DNA of 64,000 bases from Acidobacteriota bacterium (GTDB lineage Bacteria; Acidobacteriota; UBA6911; RPQK01; CBDDCF01), in the NCBI GenBank assembly GCA_965225995.1, contig CBDDCF010000030.1, forward strand, positions 36,101 through 100,100, written 5' to 3'. Below are positions 1-9,021 of this stretch, one piece after another (position 1 is the first letter of the stretch; each line of letters opens with the position of its first letter). The translations under genes and the position numbers were made by a program. The notes beneath the pieces are model-generated. The model ran no database searches, had not been told where the DNA came from, and was given only the letters and a program-made list of their open reading frames with translations.

Positions 1-1500
1 ACCCTTCTGTCGTCAATTCAAAACAAGATCCAGCACGACCTGGCCAGTTCGGAGTGGGCAGTGCAGGAAGTGTCAGAGCAGCTGCTGTCGGTTTACCGCT
101 CGATTCAGGATCCGATCTTCCGAGAACGTAGATTCGATCTCGAAGAGGTTCTCGAAAGACTGGCTCTCAACTTGATCGAGGTGGATCCCCACCATGGAAC
201 GATTTCCGATGACGACCTGGTTCTGGTGGCTCCCACTATCAGCTTGTCGATTCTGGCCGACTTTGAGGTCCGCCGAATCCGCGGCCTGGTTTCAACTCGG
301 GGCGCGGTCGCCTCTCACCTCACGATTCTGGCTCGCTCTCTCCAGATCCCGATGGTGGCGGAGATTGAAGATTTGACGCCGCTGAGCAGCGGCAAGAGAG
401 TGCTCATCGACGGGAACCGGGGCCTGGTCATGGTCGAACCCGAGTCGGTCGCTGGCGTCTTACCTCCTCCCGCCCGCCTGCAGCCTGATCTGGAACGCTG
501 GGAGTGGCGCTCTTGCGAAGTGGCAAAGACCCTGGATGGACAAGCGATCAGTCTCCTGGCCAATACCGAACTAGATAACGATCTGGAACAGGCCAGAGCC
601 GCTGGCGCTGAAGGTATCGGACTCTTCCGCACCGAGTATCTGTTCATGTCGCGTAAAGACGGGGCCATTGGCGAAGAACAACAGTATCGGCACTACCGCA
701 GATTAGCCGAACTAGTGGGCAGCCGGCCGGTTCACGTCAGGACCCTGGACATCGGTGATGAAGGTCATCCTTATTTCGTGGAACTGGCCGGTGAGACCGA
801 ACCCGTCCTGGGACTACGTGGGATTCGCCTCGGTTTGGAGCATCCAAAGATCTTCCTCCCCCAGATCCGGGCCATCTTGCGGGCCGCGTGCTTCGGAAAC
901 CTGAAGATCGTCTTCCCCATGATCTCCAGCGTCGACGAGGTGATTCGAGCCCGTCAGTTAGTGGATGAGGCTCGTTCCGAATTGGCTCGAGAACGAATTC
1001 CGATTCCGGCCATAGAAGTGGGTGTCATGTTAGAAGTTCCAGCTGCCGTCGTGTGCTTGGAAGCGCTGGCTGAGATCACCGATTTCTTTCTGGTGGGAAC
1101 AAATGATCTGATTCAATATACGCTCGCCATTGGTCGAAATGAACAGCGCGTGGCACATCTCTTTCAAGCCTTGCATCCGGCGGTTCTAGCGAGTCTTGCC
1201 CGTATCGCTGAGGTGACCCAGCGGGCCGATCGCCCGGTTACTGTGTGCGGCGAAATGGCGGCCCAACCCGGTTTGGCCGGCCTCCTAATCGGCCTGGGAT
1301 TCCGACAGCTTTCCATGAATCCATGGTCCATTTCGACGGTTCGAGAAAGAGTCCGTGGCATGACCCTGGTCGACCTCCGATCAGCAGCCCAGCAAGCCTT
1401 GAGTCTGAAGACGATTGAGGCGGTAGAGAACTTCATCGAGAATACTGATTTGCTGGGCACAAACCAAGGAACCCGTCCCAACAATGGGGTGAGGTTGTGA
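1..1500 (+). CDS. PEP-utilising enzyme: phosphoenolpyruvate-protein phosphotransferase (Enzyme I / PtsP-like), 5'-partial. Frame is open from base 1, and the first in-window Met is at 61.
   Basis: Phosphohistidine mobile-domain motif TRGAVASHLTILARSLQIPMV. PEP-utilising TIM-barrel motif GTNDLIQYTLA. No stop in frame upstream of 61, so the N-terminus lies outside the window. Confidence 0.75.
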   Translation, partial: TLLSSIQNKIQHDLASSEWAVQEVSEQLLSVYRSIQDPIFRERRFDLEEVLERLALNLIEVDPHHGTISDDDLVLVAPTISLSILADFEVRRIRGLVSTRGAVASHLTILARSLQIPMVAEIEDLTPLSSGKRVLIDGNRGLVMVEPESVAGVLPPPARLQPDLERWEWRSCEVAKTLDGQAISLLANTELDNDLEQARAAGAEGIGLFRTEYLFMSRKDGAIGEEQQYRHYRRLAELVGSRPVHVRTLDIGDEGHPYFVELAGETEPVLGLRGIRLGLEHPKIFLPQIRAILRAACFGNLKIVFPMISSVDEVIRARQLVDEARSELARERIPIPAIEVGVMLEVPAAVVCLEALAEITDFFLVGTNDLIQYTLAIGRNEQRVAHLFQALHPAVLASLARIAEVTQRADRPVTVCGEMAAQPGLAGLLIGLGFRQLSMNPWSISTVRERVRGMTLVDLRSAAQQALSLKTIEAVENFIENTDLLGTNQGTRPNNGVRL

Positions 1501-1571
1501 ACGCGAGTGTTTTCCGAGAATCTGAAGATAGACTGAAACAAATTGGATCTGTTACGATCTTAGGATATTAG

Positions 1572-3504
1572 ATGATGAAGAAACGGCGACCCAATCGAGC
1601 AAGTCGCCTCGTTCCCTGGCGAATCACGACCGTTCTGCTCCTGTTCGCCTTGTGCCAGGTTGCGTTGGCAAATCCCCCCCGTGTCAGTCTGGTCGAAGGC
1701 ACAGCCCTGTATGAAGCGGCTGACGATGTGGAGATCACCGAACTGACCGTCAATCTTCCCCTGTTGACAGGGGACCGCATCTATGGGGTTGACAACGCGC
1801 GCATCGAGATCCAGCAGGGTTTGGGAAACGTAGTTCGTGTGGCCGGAAACACCGACCTGAAGTGGTTGGGGACCGACACCGTCCTGAGGATCGAGCTCAC
1901 CGCCGGCAACCTCATCCTGAGAGTTACCGACTCAGAGAGCCACAAGATTTTCACTCCTTTCGCTTCGGTTCGCCTCAATACACCCGGTCTTTATCGAGTC
2001 AGTGTCGACCTCGAGGGCCGTCTCCTGCTGACCGTCCGCGAAGGAACGGCTCAGGTGGCCAACCGTTTGCGGGTGCGAGAGGGTCAGTGCAGGGGAACAG
2101 ATCGAGGTCGATCAGGCGCAGTCTGGTCTGACCCAGGTGTCCTTGGCGCTGCCTTTGGATGAGTTCGAGCTGTGGAGTGAGAACCGCGACCACATCTTCC
2201 AGCGTGCGGCTTCAGCCGACTATCTGGATCCGTCCTATACCGCCGGAGTCGTGGAACTCGACCACTACGGGGAATGGGAGCAGGTCAACGACTATGGTCA
2301 GGTCTGGTTTCCTCAGGTCAGTGTAGACTTTACGCCCTATCAAGTAGGCCGATGGGCTCATTATCCCCGCTGGGGATGGACGTGGATCAGCTATGAACCC
2401 TGGGGTTGGCTGCCCTACCACTATGGCCAATGGGTTTACTATCAACCTTACAGCCGTTGGTGTTGGGTACCGGGGCGGTCGAGATGGTCGGGAGCCCTGG
2501 TGGACTTCTACTATGGCGGCGGTTACGTTGGTTGGGCTCCCCGTGGTCATCGAGGTTGGGGCGGGTCGCGACGCTACGGAAGTGGTTTTGGACTGGCCAT
2601 CGGTACTCCGGGTTTTTCCTTCGTATTGCAGACCGATTTCGGTCGACATCGGGTCGATCGCTGGCTTCGCCGTAACGCCGCCAACAACGTCCGAGTATTT
2701 CGCGAGGGGCTTCCCCGAAATATCCAATCGCCGCGCAACCCGCGAACAAACAATGTCGTTACGGTGGGCCGCGCTCGAAACCGTGGGAACCAGTCCCTGG
2801 GTAATCGGAATCGTGGTGTTGTCGTCAACGAGGCTCAGCGCCGCGGGGGAGTATCGAGTGGTAGCTCGAATACCCGGAACGGACTGCAAAGCTGGCGAGA
2901 CCGCGACCGTAACGGGCAGCCCACAGTAAGACAGGGAGACAGCGCAGCGGCCAGCCCGTCATCGCCTGGCTGGACTACTCGCCAGCGTCAAGGCAATCGA
3001 GGAACACAGACCGTCCAACCCGGTCAGCCCTCCCGAAGCAGGCAAAACCAAGAAGGTGTACAGTCGCGTACTCCTTCCCGGAGTCAGAGTTCGACCCCCC
3101 GAGTTTCTCGATCCCGTTCCGGGAACGGACCCCGAGTCACGCAATCTCCGTCGCGCCCCTCGGCAACACGGACCCCCTCCCGTCCGCCAGCGACGAGCGC
3201 GCGACCCAGCAGCCCGCAACGACGGCCCACGGCCTCGGGTCAACCCTCGCGCAACAGGGATCAACAGAACATCCGGTCGCGTACCCCTTCTCGGAGTCGA
3301 AGTTCGACGCCCACAGTTTCTCGATCCCGTTCCAGGAGCGCACCCCGAGTCACGCGGTCTCCGTCTCGTGCTTCGACGCCCCGCTCTCCGTCTCGCTCCT
3401 CGGTAACCCGGGCTCCATCCCGTCCCTCCGTCACGAGCAGCCGGTCGACTGCGCCTCGGCGAAGGCCCACGACATCCGGTCAACGGCCTACCCGGAAGCC
3501 CTAG
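1572..3504 (+). CDS. Secreted FecR-domain protein with Trp/Tyr-rich repeats and an Arg/Ser/Pro/Thr-rich tandem-repeat tail. Apparent single-base frameshift near 2085-2095 joins ORFs 1572..2162 and 2137..3504.
   Basis: Signal peptide (MMKKRRPNRASRLVPW...ALA) followed by a FecR-like beta region. The second frame continues with AGEQIEVDQ... and then W-x-W/YGxW repeats (WGWTWISYEPWGWLPYHYGQWVYY). The frame switch coincides with a gggg run at 2091-2094. Confidence 0.5.
3065..3500 (+). repeat. Intragenic tandem duplication, 2 units of ~213 bp (~71 aa, RS/PT-rich)
   Basis: Unit 1 at 3065-3277 (cgcgtactccttcccggagtcagagttcgac...) and unit 2 at 3278-~3500 (cgcgtaccccttctcggagtcgaagttcgac...) align at roughly 80% identity. 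Confidence 0.7.
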
Positions 3505-3853
3505 TCACCTCTTCCTTTCAACTTGCTTACAGTCGGGTCACTCATTAGGCGGTTTTTGTCAAGAGGAAAAGTGAATCCCTCTTCTGGGCGAACGAATCCC
3601 CTTCGATGGCGCATGCCATCTACGTCAAGTCGTTGGCCATCCTCTTCGTGTAATAGACGGGTTGCGTTGATTCCACTCTTCCCAAGTCGCTTCTCTTCTG
3701 GCAGACTCGAATCCCGTCAATGCTGCGGGCAGGAGAAGAAGACCGATTTCTAGAATCAGCGGTAACCTAAAAGGCGTTAAGACTTCCCAGCGAAAAGCTC
3801 TGGAGCGAACCTATCGGAGAAGGGCTGCCCCCGATCAGGTCATCTCCTATGAA

Positions 3854-5380
3854 ATGGCTAGGCACTTGGCGCGCGTCTCCAAGGAACTCAGCCGTCAGAT
3901 TGGAGTGCTGCTGACCCGGGACGGTTCGGTTCGGAATGTCATCGTGGGAGATGCCTTCCGGCTCGAGATTCCCGAGATCGGGCGTCTACGAGGCGGCACA
4001 GGAAGGTTTCGCGGTCTCCGACTGGTGCACACCCATTTGCGCAATGAGCCGCTCTCAGCGGATGATCTCAATGATCTCGCTCTGCTCCGGCTAGATCTGG
4101 TCGCCGTCGTTCAAGTGACCGCGGAGGGATTGCCGGGCCGCCTGGAATTGGCCCACGTGCTGCCCGGGACTGACTCCAGAGCTGAGCCGTTCCGCAGGCT
4201 CGAAGCCTCCCATGTCAACGAGTTGGAGTTCGATTTCCGAACTTCGATCGGAGCACTCGAGTCAGAGTTTCGACGTCTGACCCGAGGGAGTGCCGGCAAG
4301 GTTGATCAGGAGAGGGCCATTCTGATCGGTGTTTCGGGCGACAGAGGACACTTCGAGGAGACGATCGAGTTGGCCCGATCGGCAGGAGTCGGCGTCATGG
4401 CTCAGGTCTGGCAATCCCGAAACTTCAAGCCTAAGACTGTGCTGGGCAAGGGAAAACTCCAATCGGTCGTCCTCGAGAGCATGCGACAACAGGTGGATGT
4501 TGCGATCTTCGATGTCGATCTGCGCCCGGCGCAGGCCCGGGCTTTCGAAGACATGACGGGTTTGAAAGTGATTGATCGGACACAGTTGATCCTGGACATC
4601 TTCGCCCAACGGGCCCGCAGCCGGGACGGAAAGTTGCAGGTCGAACTTGCCCAGCTTCGATACTCCCTTCCAAGGCTGACGGAGCAGGATGCCGGTCTCT
4701 CGCGCCTCACAGGTGGGATCGGGGGGCGGGGGCCGGGCGAAACTGTGCTCGAGATCGGCCGGCGTCGTGCTCGCGATCGGATCCGATCGCTCGAGAAGCA
4801 GATCGAGAAGCTCTCCAGACAGAGGGACGTTCGTCGCACCCGTCGTCGTCGTCAAGGTTTGCCGGTTCTCTCCATTGTGGGGTACACGAATGCCGGCAAA
4901 AGCACCCTCTTGAATGCCCTGACCAAGAGTGATGTGAGGGTAGCCGATCAACTCTTCATGACTCTCGATCCGACCAGCCGGCGCCTCCGTTTCCCGCACT
5001 GGGGAGAGGTGATCATCACCGATACGGTCGGATTCATCTCCGATCTTCCGGTCGATCTGAAGGCGGCATTTCGGGCGACACTGGAAGAATTAGGTGAGGC
5101 CGACCTGCTGCTTCAAGTGGTCGATGCTTCCGACCCGCGACTCGACTTTCAAATGAAAGCAGTGGAATCTATCCTGGAAGAACTGAAACTGTTGGATCAG
5201 CCGCGCCTCCTGGTCCTGAACAAAATCGATCGGGTAGATGGGCCGACGCAGGAGGCTCTGAAGCGACGCTATGTGGGCGTTCCAGTCAGTTCCACCCTCC
5301 GAGTCGGGCTGGATCGGCTGTGCCGCGAAGCCGAGGAGCGGCTCCGACAAGGCGGGATCGCCCTCGAGCTCAGCTCTTAG
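3854..5380 (+). CDS. hflX: GTPase HflX (with N-terminal extension)
   Basis: HflX N-domain followed by a G domain: G1 GYTNAGKSTLLNALT, DTVGF, NKID; C-terminal HflX region. Confidence 0.9.
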   Translation: MARHLARVSKELSRQIGVLLTRDGSVRNVIVGDAFRLEIPEIGRLRGGTGRFRGLRLVHTHLRNEPLSADDLNDLALLRLDLVAVVQVTAEGLPGRLELAHVLPGTDSRAEPFRRLEASHVNELEFDFRTSIGALESEFRRLTRGSAGKVDQERAILIGVSGDRGHFEETIELARSAGVGVMAQVWQSRNFKPKTVLGKGKLQSVVLESMRQQVDVAIFDVDLRPAQARAFEDMTGLKVIDRTQLILDIFAQRARSRDGKLQVELAQLRYSLPRLTEQDAGLSRLTGGIGGRGPGETVLEIGRRRARDRIRSLEKQIEKLSRQRDVRRTRRRRQGLPVLSIVGYTNAGKSTLLNALTKSDVRVADQLFMTLDPTSRRLRFPHWGEVIITDTVGFISDLPVDLKAAFRATLEELGEADLLLQVVDASDPRLDFQMKAVESILEELKLLDQPRLLVLNKIDRVDGPTQEALKRRYVGVPVSSTLRVGLDRLCREAEERLRQGGIALELSS

Positions 5381-5437
5381 CCCGGAAAAGACACGCGTTG
5401 TCGGCTGCGATCTAGAATCAGCTCTTGGAGGCGCTGA

Positions 5438-6358
5438 ATGACTATATGTGATGCCCATTGCCACTTCTTCTCAGCGAAATTCTTCGGTCTCCTGGCCAGG
5501 CAGTCTCCGACTCTGGGAAAAGCACCAGATCCTGGTGCAGAGGCCGTGAAGCAGCTGGGTTGGGAGCCCCCCGGCACGCCGCAGGAGTTAGCCGCCCGCT
5601 GGGTCCAAGAGTTAGATCCCCACCAGGTCGGCCGTTGCGCTCTCATCGCCAGCGTACCGGGTGACGAATCCTCCGTCGAAGCGGCCGTTCAGGGCCATCC
5701 CGACCGATTCGTCGGCTACTCGATGGTTGATCCGGGGAGCTGCGACCCTAGTCAGCTGGATCGGCTTCTGAGCCGGGGTCGGATCCGGGTAATCGCTCTC
5801 TTCCCTGCCATGCATCGATTTCGGCTGGACGAGGATCAGACCATGCAGATCTTCGAGACGGTGCACCGCCACGACGGATGTGCAGTCTTTGTTCACTGCG
5901 GAATGTTAACAGTGGGAATCCGGGGCAAGCTGGGTTTAGCCAGTCCTTTCGACATTCGTCTCGGGAATCCGCTCGACTTGCAGCGAGCCCTGTCGGCCTT
6001 TCCCGACCTCCCGATTCTGATTCCGCATTTTGGAGCTGGCTGTTTCAGGGAGGCCCTGATGCTGGCCAGTCTGTATTCCAATGTCTTTTTCGATTCGTCG
6101 AGCTCCAACGGCTGGATTCGCCTGTTCCCGGGCCTCACCCTGCGACAGGTCTTTGAAACCGCGCTTCAGGTGATGGGCTCGCGGCGGCTCCTCTTTGGAA
6201 CCGATTCCTCCTTCTTTCCGAGAGGTTGGCAACGTATCATTCGAGATGAGCAGCTTCCGATTCTTGACGATATCCTGGGAGCTGAGGACGCACAGTGGGT
6301 AATGAATGGAAACTTCGGTCAGCTCTTTCCGCCGGCGCCCAACCGAGGATTATCATGA
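5438..6358 (+). CDS. Amidohydrolase-2 family metal-dependent hydrolase (TIM barrel)
   Basis: AHCHFF near the N-terminus, a conserved HCG...D pattern, and ~300 aa length typical of PF04909-like proteins. Confidence 0.45.
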   Translation: MTICDAHCHFFSAKFFGLLARQSPTLGKAPDPGAEAVKQLGWEPPGTPQELAARWVQELDPHQVGRCALIASVPGDESSVEAAVQGHPDRFVGYSMVDPGSCDPSQLDRLLSRGRIRVIALFPAMHRFRLDEDQTMQIFETVHRHDGCAVFVHCGMLTVGIRGKLGLASPFDIRLGNPLDLQRALSAFPDLPILIPHFGAGCFREALMLASLYSNVFFDSSSSNGWIRLFPGLTLRQVFETALQVMGSRRLLFGTDSSFFPRGWQRIIRDEQLPILDDILGAEDAQWVMNGNFGQLFPPAPNRGLS

Positions 6359-7593
6359 AGAGAGTGATGAGAACTCTACTTTTGTCAACGCTACTTCTCA
6401 CGCCCGGTCTGGCCCAAGGAGACGACGGCGTGCTGCACCTGCCGATAGGTGATGTAGAGCGGCGGGAGCGAGTTGCCGAACTTCGGCTGGACACCCTGAC
6501 GGCGACCGAGGATGGGCATCTCCTGAGCCCGGCCGACCTGGCCCAGAAACTGAAGGATGTACGCTTGGTGCTGATGGGAGAAAGTCACACCAGCATGGAG
6601 TTTCACCGTGCCCAATTGACTCTCATCGAGGAGCTGCATCGTGCTGGGCGCAAGGTCCTGGTTGGGCTCGAGATGTTTCCTTACACGGCGCAGCCCCATT
6701 TGAATCAGTGGTCGCATGGCTTGCTCACGGAAAGAGGCTTCGTTGAACTTGCCGACTGGTATTCGAACTGGGGTTACAACTGGAACTATTATCGCGAGAT
6801 CTTTTTATTTGCTCGCCAGAACAGCTTGCGCATGGTGGCCATCAACACGCCGCGCCCGATGGTGACTGCGGTCCGGGAGAAAGGGATCGAACAGCTGAGC
6901 CCGGAGGAGCGGGCGCATATTCCGGAGCGGATCGATACCGATAACGAGGAGCACCTGCGTCTCTTCAAGGCATTCTTTCCAGAGGATGATGGATTCCACT
7001 CGGGACTCTCGGATGAGCAATGGCAGGGGATGCTAGCGGCGCAGTGCACCTGGGACGCCTCAATGGCCTTCAACGCGATCCGGGCTCTGGAGTCGGAAGA
7101 TGCTTCCTCGATTATGGTGGTGCTTGTGGGATTCGGGCATGTGGCCTATGGGCTCGGCATCGAGAGGCAGGCTGCACTTTGGTCAGACGAGCCGATCATC
7201 TCGGTAATACCAGTGGTCATGGAAGGGGAAGAGGCCCAGCCGATTCGAAATATCCAGGCTTCGTTTGCTAACTATGTCTGGGGGCTTCCGCCAGAGCGGT
7301 ATCCCTTCTTCCCCGAATTAGGTATCTCTCTTCGAGTATCGGGTGAGGATCGAGCTGTTTCCGCGATTCAGGTGTCCTCCGAATCGCCGGCCGCAGTTGC
7401 CGGAGTCCTCAAGGGCGATGTTCTGTTGGAGTTCGATGGAGCTCCAGTCCGGGGAAGAAGTTCGCTCAACCAGGCTGTGGCCGAGAAGCGATGGGGAGAC
7501 CGCGGTGTACTGCGGGTCAAGCGGGGCGAAGAAGAAATCCAAATCATCGTCCACTTTCGGCGCCAACTGGACTCCGGCGAGTCATCGAACTAA
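6355..7593 (+). CDS. ChaN/Tiki-like haem-binding (DUF399) protein with C-terminal PDZ domain. Its start overlaps the upstream stop (ATGA).
   Basis: Signal peptide MKRVMRTLLLSTLLLTPGLA. The LVLMGESHTS (GExH) motif is typical of the ChaN/TraB/Tiki fold. C-terminal PDZ-like GDVLLEFDGAPV. Confidence 0.55.
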   Translation: MKRVMRTLLLSTLLLTPGLAQGDDGVLHLPIGDVERRERVAELRLDTLTATEDGHLLSPADLAQKLKDVRLVLMGESHTSMEFHRAQLTLIEELHRAGRKVLVGLEMFPYTAQPHLNQWSHGLLTERGFVELADWYSNWGYNWNYYREIFLFARQNSLRMVAINTPRPMVTAVREKGIEQLSPEERAHIPERIDTDNEEHLRLFKAFFPEDDGFHSGLSDEQWQGMLAAQCTWDASMAFNAIRALESEDASSIMVVLVGFGHVAYGLGIERQAALWSDEPIISVIPVVMEGEEAQPIRNIQASFANYVWGLPPERYPFFPELGISLRVSGEDRAVSAIQVSSESPAAVAGVLKGDVLLEFDGAPVRGRSSLNQAVAEKRWGDRGVLRVKRGEEEIQIIVHFRRQLDSGESSN

Positions 7594-7746
7594 CCTGTCA
7601 TCCTGCGCCAAGGAATTGCAGAATCAATGGGTTTGAGCGGACGGGAGGAGGAGCCCGTGTCCAGAACTCCGCCCCGGAGTCTTCTGTTGTGCAGCTAAGC
7701 GAGGTCGTGCCGGCTGGACAACAAGAATGGTTCCCGTCCGCAACTC

Positions 7747-7992
7747 TTAGACTCCGCCTTCCCCTTCATCTCGGGGAGTGTGGGAGTCGATGAACTCCAG
7801 CAGCTTTGAGCGCTGTTCGTCGGTTAGGATTTCCAGGAACTGAGCGCGAAATTGCTGGCCGAGATCGGCAAGTTCACCGCGCAAGGCATGCTGGGCGATG
7901 ACGATCTCGCCCACGATCAGAGGAGCGGGTGCTTCCATACTCAACTCGGCTTGCAAGTCTTCGCCCAACTGCTCAACGACAATTATTTTTGA
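7747..7992 (-). pseudogene. C-terminal fragment of a Spy/CpxP-like (LTXXQ) periplasmic protein, probably separated from its 5' half by the IS21 insertion
   Basis: Contains the LTDEQRSKL motif. The frame is open to 7992, right at the IS junction. Its partner fragment on the other side of the IS is 10538..10897. Confidence 0.35.
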
Positions 7993-8256
7993 TCACCGCG
8001 ACTACGATTCTTGCCCGCTGAAGTGGGTGTTTGTTTGACTTGTTTTTCTTCCTTCTTCTGAGGGCTGAAAGCCCTCTTTTCTTCTCCGGTTTTCTTGAGC
8101 GTGGGGATGGAGTGAGGGCTTGCCCGAACGGAGTTCCCACGCTTCGCGAGGCTCGGGATTGCCCTTCGAATGATCCGCTGATTGAGCTGTATACCCTCTG
8201 GGCTTGAGCCGTTTTCTGTGTGGCCAGCAGAAGGCCTTTCGAGCGGCACCTCAGAG

Positions 8257-9021
8257 TCACTTCGTCTCCTTTTGGGTTCTCTGCTTGGCGGCTTCCATCC
8301 GGTAGCTGGTCACGTTCAACTCCAGGATCACGCTATGGTGAACCAGGCGGTCGATTGCCGCGGCCGTGGTCAGGGGATCCTTGAAGATCCTCTCCCAGTC
8401 CGAGAAGACCAGGTTGCTGGTCAGCAGAATCGAGCGACGCTCGTAGCGATGGGAGAGCAACGTGAAGAGAATCTCCATCTCGTCGCGATTCTGCTGTACA
8501 TACCCGATGTCGTCGATGATCAGGGCCTCGAACCGATCCAGCTTCTTGAGTTCCCTCTCCAGAGTTAGCTCGAGCTTGGCTCTCAGTAACCGCTGCACCA
8601 GCAGCGCACAGGTCGAGAACAGCACCCGCCGGTCTCGCAGGATCAACTCCTGCCCCAAAGCACAAACAAGATGCGTTTTCCCGCTTCCTGGATTACCGAA
8701 CACAAGTAGATTTTCGGCTCGGTCCAGGAAGTCTCCCTCCACCAATCCTGACAACTGCCGGTCCACACTCTGCGGGAGTCGTGAGCGATCCAATGAAGTC
8801 AGGCTCTTGTCCCAGGGAAGTTTCGAGGTCCGTCGTAGTTTCTGGATCCGTCGTTCCCGTCGATCCGCGACTTCCAGCTCCGACAGAGCCAGCAGGTACT
8901 GCGGATAAGACCAGCTCTCTGTGGTCGCCAAAGCGGCCTGCGAGCCGTGATGCTCGCGGAAGGGCGGCAGGCGAAGTTCGACCAAACACTCTTTGAGTCT
9001 TTGCAGGTTGCCTCCGCTCAT
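8257..9021 (-). CDS. istB: IS21-family helper ATPase IstB
   Basis: Walker A GNPGSGKTHL, Walker B LIIDDIGY, IstB_IS21 family length and architecture. Confidence 0.9.
   Translation of the reverse strand: MSGGNLQRLKECLVELRLPPFREHHGSQAALATTESWSYPQYLLALSELEVADRRERRIQKLRRTSKLPWDKSLTSLDRSRLPQSVDRQLSGLVEGDFLDRAENLLVFGNPGSGKTHLVCALGQELILRDRRVLFSTCALLVQRLLRAKLELTLERELKKLDRFEALIIDDIGYVQQNRDEMEILFTLLSHRYERRSILLTSNLVFSDWERIFKDPLTTAAAIDRLVHHSVILELNVTSYRMEAAKQRTQKETK

Noticed and set aside
2212-2889. Long antisense or alternative-frame ORFs inside confidently assigned genes, for example 2212..2889, 2959..3483, 4262..4999, 46124..47020, 53568..54263, 55406..56014 and 42539..43285
   Set aside because: GC-rich DNA yields long spurious open frames. 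These have no recognisable domains, a low-complexity Arg/Pro/Ala-rich composition, and overlap genes with strong homology signatures on the other strand or frame.
3057-3504. Tandem repeats in 3057-3504 as a possible CRISPR or minisatellite array
   Set aside because: There are only two long (~213 bp) units with no short spacer/repeat alternation. They lie in frame within a CDS, so this is an intragenic duplication.
3680-3730. tRNA-like TTCGAATCC motif (ggcagactcgaatcccgtc) in the 3504-3854 intergenic region
   Set aside because: No complementary T-stem, acceptor stem or anticodon arm could be built around it. Probably a chance match.
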